Shown: positions 9,079-17,368, numbered from the stretch's first letter. The stretch: 21,400 nt of DNA from Leptolyngbyaceae cyanobacterium (GCA_050331235.1 JBHJHA010000115.1:1-21400), one strand, 5' to 3'. Translations and numbers: made by a program. The notes: generated by a model not told the origin, from the letters alone.

Positions 9079-10083
9079 TCAACGGCTGTCTAAGACATTT
9101 TTGCTGTAGATCAAAACCTTGTTAAGCGCCTGCATGTAGGCATTGATGGTGCACTCATTTGTACTATTGCCTTTACAACATCCGGTGAACAATCGATTTA
9201 AGTAAGATAGACCAATCTCTACCTGGGCAGGACTTGGAATTCCCTGGGCTGAATGCACAGTGTAGGAAAGGTGAAAAGCCGGCAGCTCGGTCAACTGCTC
9301 TATACAGCGGTTGATAGCGATGAGTAAAGAGTCAATTTCGCCGACTTCGGTATTCCGCAGACTCATGTTTGCGGCTCTTCCATCTCGATGTTTCAACGTG
9401 ACAGATACGTACAAAACACCCGTTTGGCCAGTTTGCAGGCTCCAATCATCAATGTAAAGTTGAGAAATCCGACCTGAAATGACTTGGGCCGTGACCGATC
9501 GCGAATTACCGAGCACTGCATTTTCGCTGGTGATCTGAGAGATATGCTCTTCGACCTCTAACAGAAATGAATACGGCGTTGCCACGAAAATCGTGATTTC
9601 CTCTTCGCCCCCATCTAAATCTTCGTCTATCTCAGCAAAGATACATCCTCTACCCGTGCGGACGACGTCTAAATCCCCTGGGCGTTGCACGAAATCTTCA
9701 GGCTCTAAACTGACAATGCCATCAACAGAAAGAAAAAGAGCCGCAGAAAGCCTTAAAGAATCGGCTCCTAGCAAACTTGAATAGCACCGAGCCCGTTCAA
9801 TCAAGGCGCGACTCCTACCATACCGACGCACATTTCTAAGGACGTAGGTAATGTCGCGTAGAACCTGCGGAAACTCCTCTAAATGCTCTCGGTTGTAAGG
9901 ATCATTCAGGCAATCTAAGGCCGCTTTATAGTCTGGTTCGTACATGAATACCCGGATAAAGTTCCGGCGAATATACTGAGCCAGCCTTTGCATGTAATAG
10001 CCATAGGGTTGCCCCCCGCCGCCACCTGCCAGACAGGTTTTCTGAAAAAGATTTAGAGCTAGCAAATATCTGCTTGGGGTCAT
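9079..10083 (-). CDS. Degenerate PIN-like domain fused to a LeuA (isopropylmalate synthase)-type allosteric/dimerisation domain
   Basis: GGAG RBS 6 nt upstream. aa 5-175 are PIN-like: 'DSLRLSAALFLSVDGIVSLEPEDF' resembles D.....A....vDaIVT.n..DF, and 'IFVATPYSFL' resembles i.v.tP.efl. aa 209-324 are LeuA-dimer-like: 'VSVTL...DG', 'GEIDSLLIAINR', 'LSYTVHS..G', 'FTG' and 'AYMQALN'. Confidence 0.7.
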   Translation of the reverse strand: MTPSRYLLALNLFQKTCLAGGGGGQPYGYYMQRLAQYIRRNFIRVFMYEPDYKAALDCLNDPYNREHLEEFPQVLRDITYVLRNVRRYGRSRALIERARCYSSLLGADSLRLSAALFLSVDGIVSLEPEDFVQRPGDLDVVRTGRGCIFAEIDEDLDGGEEEITIFVATPYSFLLEVEEHISQITSENAVLGNSRSVTAQVISGRISQLYIDDWSLQTGQTGVLYVSVTLKHRDGRAANMSLRNTEVGEIDSLLIAINRCIEQLTELPAFHLSYTVHSAQGIPSPAQVEIGLSYLNRLFTGCCKGNSTNECTINAYMQALNKVLIYSKNVLDSR

Positions 10084-10162
10084 GGGGGGCTCCAGACGAA
10101 TTTCTAATGCTGGCTTCGGTCCATTATCAGCTCAATTTTTAACGTGTTCAAAAACTGGATGA

Positions 10163-10465
10163 CTACTTCAACTTTTGAGTAGCAATGGTGTCACAGGTAT
10201 TGATGATATGCCTCTGATTTTGCAAAATCTGAAACAATAGCTCTTCTAACTTATCGCCGTCAGCTAATACATTCTTTTGGGGCTGAGTCACAGCGTCTTC
10301 AGATTCCACCACTGCTGTCATCAATTCACCATCTTTGGCTAATCCATTCAAAATGTATCGGTTAATTAGCGCCGTAGCCGTGGTGCCTTGGGCATCTGCG
10401 ACTTCTATTAATCGGTTCCGGATGTCTTCGTTCAGCCGGAGGCTAAAGATCTTTTTAGGTGACAT
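10163..10465 (-). CDS. Ribbon-helix-helix (CopG/Arc-like) DNA-binding protein, antitoxin-like
   Basis: KKIFSLRL is an alternating beta-strand, followed by helix NEDIRNRLIEVADAQG and helix TATALINRYILNGL. An acidic linker leads to a C-terminal helix. Confidence 0.8.
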   Translation of the reverse strand: MSPKKIFSLRLNEDIRNRLIEVADAQGTTATALINRYILNGLAKDGELMTAVVESEDAVTQPQKNVLADGDKLEELLFQILQNQRHIINTCDTIATQKLK

Positions 10466-10527
10466 AGGTCGTGTTTAGTACTCACAGCTAGATAGGCTAT
10501 CACATTTTTATGTTTTTGATCTTAAGC

Positions 10528-10676
10528 GTGCATCATATTTATGTCTTGAATGCTTACTTATGATGCATACATACCATGTTTGCGATATTCCCCGCAACTC
10601 GAGCCACAGAACAATCGCCCAATCCAAACAGTTGTATTTCAATATGATGTACATGTGCTATTGTAAGTGCATCATT
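10528..10676. promoter_or_regulatory. Four TGCATCAT-type boxes forming two inverted repeats in a divergent promoter (candidate RHH operator)
   Basis: TGCATCATA (10529-10537) pairs with TATGATGCA (10559-10567). ATGATGTAC (10644-10652) pairs with GTGCATCAT (10667-10675). The region is AT-rich intergenic DNA. Confidence 0.55.
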
Positions 10677-10776
10677 TAGATTTCTTTTCTAGATTGCCCA
10701 TCAGAAAAGTTAAATGAATACTGTCAACACCGCTTGTTTAGCCTCTGTCTTAGTTTTCTTTCACAAACCGTACCTA

Positions 10777-11052
10777 ATGAAAGATACACATGTGTTTTCT
10801 CCTAATTCTCGTCACTGTGATGGTAATTGTCACTTTGTACAAGATCGCCGTGATGCCGATCGCTACACCTGCTTGCCCTGTGGCAAGGTGCGCCGCACCA
10901 GCAACGAGAATCCCCTCGAAGTGGTTTTAGCCTTTTTTTTAGCACTGATAGTGATCGCTGTTTTGCTTTCTGGTTGTTCATTGGAGCCTACGATTGAGGA
11001 GGCTGGCCGGTGGAATAAACGAGCTCTCATGGCCAAACATCAGTCCCGATAA
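10777..11052 (+). CDS. Small Cys4 (zinc-ribbon-like) single-TM hypothetical protein
   Basis: HCDGNC...YTCLPCG followed by TM VVLAFFLALIVIAVLLSGC. Start is ATG 10777, or 10714 as in the ORF track. Confidence 0.55.
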   Translation: MKDTHVFSPNSRHCDGNCHFVQDRRDADRYTCLPCGKVRRTSNENPLEVVLAFFLALIVIAVLLSGCSLEPTIEEAGRWNKRALMAKHQSR

Positions 11053-11185
11053 AGTGATTTGAGCGCTTCATGTGGGATGTAAGAATGCCTAGCCAAGCAT
11101 CCACTGATAGTATTGAGCCGATGGGTTGTAGAAGTGTTTACTGTCCGTTTAGTCAGTCTTGAACTATCACCTCAAATCATGAATT

Positions 11186-11677
11186 GTGTCTAAAACGCTG
11201 ACGCTGCCAGACGATCGCGCCACCCTAAGCCTGGGTCAGTGGCTGGGTGAACGCCTCACAGCCGGAACAGTCTTGCTGCTATATGGCGACTTGGGGGCCG
11301 GTAAGACCACCTTTACGAAGGGATTAGGGCGCGGGCTACAGATACCGGATGAAATTGACAGCCCTACCTTTACGCTGATCAATGAATATGACAGCGGTCG
11401 TCTGCCGCTTTATCACGTTGACTTATATCGGCTGGCAGCGGCAGAGAGCGATCGCCTCTTTTTGGAAAGTTACTGGGAAGGGATAGAATACCCGCCGGGG
11501 ATAGTCGTGATCGAGTGGGCGGAACGCCTGCGTCATTTGCCACCGGAGGCCTTCAAACTCACTTTGGCTGATCGGCCGCCCGCTGGTCGTCAGGTCACAC
11601 TGACCCCGAGCCACCCTGCCCACCAAGATTTAGTCGAGGCCTTAACCACCGATGCGATATTGGTTGATGAAATCTGA
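11186..11677 (+). CDS. tsaE: tRNA threonylcarbamoyladenosine biosynthesis ATPase TsaE
   Basis: Walker A GDLGAGKTT, plus SPTFTLINEY, LYHVDLYRL and VIEWAE. GTG start. Confidence 0.96.
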   Translation: MSKTLTLPDDRATLSLGQWLGERLTAGTVLLLYGDLGAGKTTFTKGLGRGLQIPDEIDSPTFTLINEYDSGRLPLYHVDLYRLAAAESDRLFLESYWEGIEYPPGIVVIEWAERLRHLPPEAFKLTLADRPPAGRQVTLTPSHPAHQDLVEALTTDAILVDEI

Positions 11678-12110
11678 ACCCGATGTGTACAGCATCACCG
11701 ATTTGGAAAATGACCCCGAGGAGATTTGGGATGGTGTTAGAAACTATCAGGCCAGAAACTTTTTGCGGGAGATGGCCGTAGACGACCTGGCCTTTTTTTA
11801 CCATTCCAACACTAAGCCACCGGGCATTGTGGGTCTAATGAAAATCATCGAGGCTGATATCATCGATCCGACTCAGTTTGATGAATCGAGCAAGTATTAC
11901 GACCCTAAATCGAAGCCTGAAGATCCCCGCTGGCGCACGGTAAAAGTCGGCTATGTGAAAACCTTTGCAGAGCAGATTACCTTAGAAACCCTCAAAGCTA
12001 CTTTTTCGCCCGAAGAGTTGCTGGTGGTGAAGCGCGGCAACCGCTTATCGGTAATGCCTGTTGATGAGACCGTGGCAAAAAGGTTGCTAGCCATGGGGCA
12101 CACAGATTAA
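11652..12110 (+). CDS. EVE domain protein
   Basis: Motifs YWLMKSEP..YSI.DL, WDGVRNYQARNFLR, FFYHSN, DPTQFD..SKYYDPKS and RLSVMPV. Confidence 0.95.
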   Translation: MRYWLMKSEPDVYSITDLENDPEEIWDGVRNYQARNFLREMAVDDLAFFYHSNTKPPGIVGLMKIIEADIIDPTQFDESSKYYDPKSKPEDPRWRTVKVGYVKTFAEQITLETLKATFSPEELLVVKRGNRLSVMPVDETVAKRLLAMGHTD

Positions 12111-12247
12111 GAAGAACTCTTGAACTAAGCCACTGGGGTGATTTGGGCTAGTGAGCCACTCAGGCCAACATCAGCCCTCCCCAGCCAGGTTATTGGCTGA
12201 GCTATATCGATACGCCAAGGCGAAACAAGCCTCCCTTTAGTCGGACT

Positions 12248-12583
12248 TTAGGCGACTTGACCTCGCAAAACATAAACGTGGGTTTCGACGGGGTCTCCGC
12301 TGGCCAGTTTGGCGATCTCTGTTACTCGCTCATATTCGGCACCTTCGAATGCGTCTAGCCGAGGCCACTGCTGCGCCAACGTTGCTGCAGCAAAGACATC
12401 GCCTGAGATCTCATCGCCGGTTGGGTCAATGACTAGTCCGGCATAGCCCATGGTGGCACCCCAACCCGCTTGCACTAACCGGCCTTTGATGGTCGCTGGG
12501 GTCCATGTACCTGCGATCGCCCCCAACACATGCTCGTTGGGTCCACCCGGTTGGAGCGTGCCATACACAAAGAGTCGTTCCAT
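12248..12583 (-). CDS. Gamma-glutamylcyclotransferase / AIG2-like protein
   Basis: Motifs LFVYGTL.PG..N.H and LDAFEG..YER. Confidence 0.9.
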   Translation of the reverse strand: MERLFVYGTLQPGGPNEHVLGAIAGTWTPATIKGRLVQAGWGATMGYAGLVIDPTGDEISGDVFAAATLAQQWPRLDAFEGAEYERVTEIAKLASGDPVETHVYVLRGQVA

Positions 12584-12626
12584 TGCTGCTTACCATGTCT
12601 AAAGCGGCAATGGCTGCATGCCGACA

Positions 12627-12995
12627 TTACCACCGGAGCCAGCCACTTACCGCTGCTACCCCCGTAGAGTAAGCCACCGACAGCACCGGAGCGACCCCGA
12701 TCGCCCAGACGTTGCGGCCACCATCGCCAATGTAGGCGGCCATATTCTGACGATCCTGCTCTGTCCAGGTTTCCTGCTCTGCTGTAGACCAAAAGCCGTC
12801 TCCGTCGCGATCAAGGGGGGCAATTTGCCGTTCGAGATGCGCGTTGTAAGCCCACCATTGAACTATGACTAAGCTACTCATCATCAGCGATGAGACGACC
12901 ACAATTCCCACGAAGGCGACCTTGCCCGTAAATCGCTGACGCACTAAAAACGCGGTGATGAACGGCACCAAAACCAACACCAAGAGCAAGAACAT
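12627..12995 (-). CDS. Hypothetical 3-TM membrane protein with an EF-hand-like loop
   Basis: Three hydrophobic segments. The loop DRDGDGFWSTAE fits the 12-residue EF-hand pattern. Confidence 0.6.
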   Translation of the reverse strand: MFLLLVLVLVPFITAFLVRQRFTGKVAFVGIVVVSSLMMSSLVIVQWWAYNAHLERQIAPLDRDGDGFWSTAEQETWTEQDRQNMAAYIGDGGRNVWAIGVAPVLSVAYSTGVAAVSGWLRW

Positions 12996-13342
12996 TGATC
13001 CCTACCGCCTTACTATTACCGTTGAACCATCCTTCGACTCGTTCATCCGATTACCGGATGCGATCGCTGATCGCTATCACTACCCAACTGATCACCCCCA
13101 GCACACATTGCCCCGGATTTCGCACCTAGCAACTCACACCTTAAGCCCGGCAGCTTTCCCCTGAACCTGGCCATTACCCACGTTATCTGTAGACAGACAG
13201 ATCATATTGCCCTGGCCAGTGTGACACAATCTGGCAGACAAACCGCCCAATGCCTGCATCTTAGAAGCTGCTATTTGCCAACTAACGGTCTGACTGTGTT
13301 GGACTAGAGCGCTCTACAGTTGCGGTTCCCTAGGAGACTCCC

Positions 13343-14032
13343 ATGTCAAAAGCCAGAACTCTGCTCATTACCGGTGCTTCCTCCGGTATTGGTGCTGCCA
13401 CCGCCCGGCAAGCTGCCGCCCGAAATTTCAACCTGGCGTTGGCCGCGCGATCTACCGACAAACTTGAGAAGTTAGCCCAAACGTTAGAGACAGACAATGT
13501 CAAAACCTTTGCCTGCGATGTCACCGACTATGCCGCTCAAGAAAAGCTAATTGCCGATGCGGTTGCGGCCTTTGGCAGTGTCGACGCCGTTTTTGCTAAT
13601 GCGGGTAGCGGCGGTGAGCCAGGAGGCTTTTCGAGTGCACCAGTTGAGTCTTGGCAGCGCATCGTTAATACCAACATTCTCGGTGTGGCCTACACGCTGC
13701 GGGCCAGCTTAGGCGAAATTAAAAAGCATCGGGGTCACGTCATTATCACTAGCTCTATCGCCGGTCGGCGCACCTTGAGTGGGTCTATGTATTCGGCGTC
13801 GAAATGGGCTGTCTCAGCCATTGGCTATAACCTGAGGGAAGAGCTGCGCGGTACTGGCGTTAGGGTTACCCTGATTGAACCAGGTATGGTTGACACGCCC
13901 TTTTTTGACGACCCTAAGCCCGATGCTCTGCGCCCCGATGACGTAGCGCGGACTGTTTTGTTTGCCCTTTCTCAGCCGCCTAGTGTCGATATCAGTGAGT
14001 TGGTGGTGATGCCCACCCCGCCCACAGAGTAG
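13343..14032 (+). CDS. Short-chain dehydrogenase/reductase (SDR)
   Basis: TGASSGIG, ANAG, YSASK catalytic motif and IEPGMVDT. AGGAG RBS upstream. Confidence 0.95.
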   Translation: MSKARTLLITGASSGIGAATARQAAARNFNLALAARSTDKLEKLAQTLETDNVKTFACDVTDYAAQEKLIADAVAAFGSVDAVFANAGSGGEPGGFSSAPVESWQRIVNTNILGVAYTLRASLGEIKKHRGHVIITSSIAGRRTLSGSMYSASKWAVSAIGYNLREELRGTGVRVTLIEPGMVDTPFFDDPKPDALRPDDVARTVLFALSQPPSVDISELVVMPTPPTE

Positions 14033-14141
14033 ACAGTTGGGGGAGCGGTGCGCTAGCGGCAAGAAGGCAGCGCCAAAGCGATCGCACCGCTCAGATTCAC
14101 AAATGTTGCAATTTTAGCCCGGGGTGATTGGCGATTGTGCC

Positions 14142-14537
14142 TTATTTTCGCAGCCACAGCAGCAAGGCGAGCACCCCTAGGAGCACGGCTTCGGTAGCGA
14201 GCAGGCCATTCAAGGTCTGAGCATCTTCGGGCTTGAGCACAAACTGGGACCGCAGCAGCGTGTAGGGCACCACTTGCAGCAGCACAATGCCCCCAACCAC
14301 AAACCACACGGACCAAGCCCACCCCCGCCAAAGAGCGATCGCTGCCGTCACGTTAAAAATCAGCAGGGCCACATCTAGCCCTCGCCACAGCAGCGGCGTC
14401 GAGAGCCAAGGCAGTCCCGCCAGCCCCGCCATGTTGCCAAGGTGAACGGACGCTCCGTAGAGCAAAATGAGCGCTATAAATTTGGTGTAAGCCGCTGTCA
14501 GCGGTTGTTGCAAAGCTAGCCTTAGGGTTTCCTGCAT
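14142..14537 (-). CDS. Hypothetical 4-TM membrane protein
   Basis: 131 aa with four hydrophobic helices. AGGAGG RBS upstream of ATG 14537. Confidence 0.65.
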   Translation of the reverse strand: MQETLRLALQQPLTAAYTKFIALILLYGASVHLGNMAGLAGLPWLSTPLLWRGLDVALLIFNVTAAIALWRGWAWSVWFVVGGIVLLQVVPYTLLRSQFVLKPEDAQTLNGLLATEAVLLGVLALLLWLRK

Positions 14538-14928
14538 CCGCGACTACCTCCTGAGTATGGCCTACCGAGCTCACCCTCCCCGATCAGCCCCTAGCCTATT
14601 GGCTTCGAGCTGTGTCAAGCCTAGCATTCGCAGCAACTGGATAAGATCGCTCCTTCAAGCCTTAGTTCCATCACTGGCTCTTTCCGGTCCCCGTCCCCTT
14701 GCAAAGAATTGAGGATGAAACTTGTACTTTTGCAAGCCTGAGAGCCAATCTTGGCCAGTCCATCAAAATGGTTTGAATGCAGTCGTTACAATACTTTGTT
14801 TATTGGCCTCAATGTAATCCCAAATCAAGTGACTGACAGGACGTTGCTGACCTACATTGCAGTGCTCATGTAGGTCAACATAGGGCAAAGTGTTGTATTC
14901 GTTAAATGCGCCCCCAGTTTCGTTCAAC

Positions 14929-16089
14929 GGACGAGGGGAAGACCCCACCGAACCGCCCCGCAGCCGTGACTATTTCTACCCGGCAGTGAGCCACGAACCC
15001 CGCATTCAGGAAATTACCGAAAAGCTTCAGGCCAAAGGGCTTCAACCCTATCACACCCCCGTGGGCATTCACCTGAACGAAGCCCAGCGCTATCTCAGTG
15101 AGTGCATTCGCTGCAATACCTGTGACGGGTTTCCCTGTTTGGTGAAGGCTAAGTCCGATGCAGAGGTGAGTACGGTGCGATCGGCCATGGCCCAGGACAC
15201 CGTTACTCTGATCACCGAAGCCAAAGTCGTCAAGCTGCTCACTAGCGCTTCGGGCCGAGAGATTACTGCGGTGGAAGCGGAGGTCAACGGTCAACTGCAT
15301 CGCTTCTCCGGGGATATGGTGGCCGTAGCTTGTGGAGCAATTAATTCGTCGGTATTGCTGCTGAAGTCGCGCAACGAGCAGCATCCGAACGGGCTCGCCA
15401 ATGGGTCTGGGCTGGTGGGGCGGAACTTTATGAAGCACGTCCTCGGGTCCGTCCTTGGCGTCACCAAAGAAGCGAATCTCACGGCCTTCTAAAAGACCCT
15501 GTCCATTAACGACTTCTACTGGGGTGCAGACGGCTACGACCATCCCCTAGGACAGATACAAACCCTAGGCAAAGTCAACCAAGACATGCTGGAGGGCAAC
15601 GCCGCTGAGTATGCGCCCCTGACGCCGGAACAGGTGGCGACCCACTCCATCGACTGGTGGCTGACGGTGGAGGACCTGCCTGATCCCAACAACCAGATTC
15701 GGATAGATGGCGACAAGATCATCCTCGATTACACCGAAAACAACTCCGAACCCTACGCTCGCCTCGAACAGTACTGGATCCAAATTCTCAAATCCATGGA
15801 CTGTGCCGAGCAGGTCCACAGTCACGACACCTACTTTGTCAAAGGCGGCAAGTCCTACTTCACGGGCAAGCTCCCGGTGGAAGGCGTTGGCCATCAGGTC
15901 GGCACCTGTAAGTTTGGTCCTGATCCGGCTACATCCGTGCTGGATTTGAACTGCCGCACCCACGAAATTGACAACCTCTATGTCGTTGATGGCAGCTTCT
16001 TCTGCTCCAGCGGCGCAGTGAATCCCACCTTAACCATCATTGCTAATGCTTTAAGAGTCGGTGACCACCTGATTGAACGAATGGGGTAG
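14929..16089 (+). pseudogene. GMC-family oxidoreductase pseudogene (5'-truncated, internal stop)
   Basis: Similarity starts at 'RGEDPTEPP' and the N-terminal GxGxxG FAD motif is absent. Motifs CIRCNTCDGFPC, LANGSGLVGRNFMKH, HQVGTCKFG and NLYVVDGSFF.SSGAVNPTLTIIANALRV are present. An in-frame TAA at 15490-15492 (F*KTLSINDFYWG) splits the two ORFs, which share one frame. Confidence 0.88.
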
Positions 16090-16185
16090 TCGCAATTTTT
16101 GATGTTGGATTGGCGATTTTCAAGAGGCATCACGGTACGGAGGCGACGCACTGTAGACAGTGAAATTGACTAGAGGAACCAAACC

Positions 16186-16476
16186 ATGCAAGAAATCTAT
16201 CGAGAGATCGCTCGCCGCTCAACCTACGAATTTGGCCGGTAAACGGGCTGGACCATGACCACATGGCCCCTGGCGAGCTTTTTTAACTTTTACGGCTGGC
16301 TAACTTTCTCCCTTGAGGCTCCGCCTGGACATTTACCGGCGCTATGGTTTTGGGAGATGCCGTGGTATCGATCTTGGTTAGTGGGCGGATTTGGCACAGG
16401 ACGAGGGGCCGGCTTTGGCGACCCGGGCATGTTTGATGCGATGCTGCTGCGCCTAGAACGCTGCCAGCAGATTTAA
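16186..16476 (+). pseudogene. C-terminal remnant of a GUN4-domain protein with internal stop
   Basis: From ATG 16186: MQEIYREIARRSTYEFGR*TGW...LTFSLEAPPGHLP. 'Q.IY', 'FG..vGW' and 'AP.GHLP' are GUN4-domain C-terminal motifs. TAA at 16240-16242. Confidence 0.65.
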
Positions 16477-16498
16477 GCAGGCGAGTTGCAGAGCCCCT

Positions 16499-17368
16499 TT
16501 AGCAACCGGCATCACCTTCAACGGCAAGTTCAGTAGTGCCCTCTGCCGAAGACTCTAAGATCAAACGGCCTTGCTCAATATTGACTGATTCATAGCCTTT
16601 TTCAGATCCAACGTTTACGGTAACATCCGCTTCGTACAAGCCATCGACGCTCACGAATGACTGGGCTGCCGATTGACCGTAAAATTCAGGTCCCGATGCA
16701 CTGGTACGACGAAATTGGGTCATGTTGCCATCCAGTTTCATCCACATCCCTTCGTCAGGCAGACCATTAAAAAAGACAAACTCACCGGGACGATTGACCC
16801 GCCACAAAGACATCCCACACCCCCCGCTGCCCGTGCTGAACAGTTCATCGGTGGTATAGCTGTCAACGCTGACTTGGCTGCCTGAAGCGGGCTTCGTAGC
16901 TGTACCGCTTGTGTCAATAAAATCGCCCCGAATCCAGCCTTCTGCACCGGATTCGTCAAATTTGACGTAATACCAAGTAAGTCCACCGTTTCCCTCAGCC
17001 GCCCGTTGGAGCTTGACAGGGTCGCCAACCAGCCCGTAGCCCTTTGAGGTTGATTCGGTAGTTGGCTGCGATCGCAAATTAATCTGGGCGTCTGCTTGCT
17101 TTGCCGTCAACGCTGCCGTCTGAGGTGGATTGATCGCCGTGCCAGCATTACTCTCCACGGGCTCCGGCACGTCAGAAGCGGACGCCGGTTCTGGTGCCGG
17201 TTCTGCAGCTTCTGGAGCGGCTTCTGTGGGGGGTGTCGCATCAGCACCAGCATCAACCGTATCATCATCAGCATTTTGACGGCCACAGCCTGCCAGCAAA
17301 CTGACTCCCAGTAGGGTACACAGGCCTATCTTGGTCAGCCAAGCGTATTTCATCTTTGGAATCCCCAT
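16499..17368 (-). CDS. SH3b-domain lipoprotein
   Basis: Lipobox LLAG-C, a Pro/Ala/Glu-rich linker, and a bacterial SH3 (INLRSQPT...GD.V...WYYVKF...EGWIRGDF) followed by an unknown C-terminal domain. The start may be the second Met (17353). Confidence 0.85.
   Translation of the reverse strand: MGIPKMKYAWLTKIGLCTLLGVSLLAGCGRQNADDDTVDAGADATPPTEAAPEAAEPAPEPASASDVPEPVESNAGTAINPPQTAALTAKQADAQINLRSQPTTESTSKGYGLVGDPVKLQRAAEGNGGLTWYYVKFDESGAEGWIRGDFIDTSGTATKPASGSQVSVDSYTTDELFSTGSGGCGMSLWRVNRPGEFVFFNGLPDEGMWMKLDGNMTQFRRTSASGPEFYGQSAAQSFVSVDGLYEADVTVNVGSEKGYESVNIEQGRLILESSAEGTTELAVEGDAGC

Noticed and set aside
10011..10027. G/C-rich tract encoding GGGGG as a phase-variation site
   Set aside because: The longest homopolymer is only 6 nt and the frame is intact.
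11128..11141. GTA-N8-TAC upstream of tsaE
   Set aside because: The downstream hexamer TATCAC is an imperfect -10, so a chance match cannot be excluded.
14902..15963. Long minus-strand ORFs 14902-15543 and 15565-15963
   Set aside because: Antisense shadows of the GMC oxidoreductase pseudogene.
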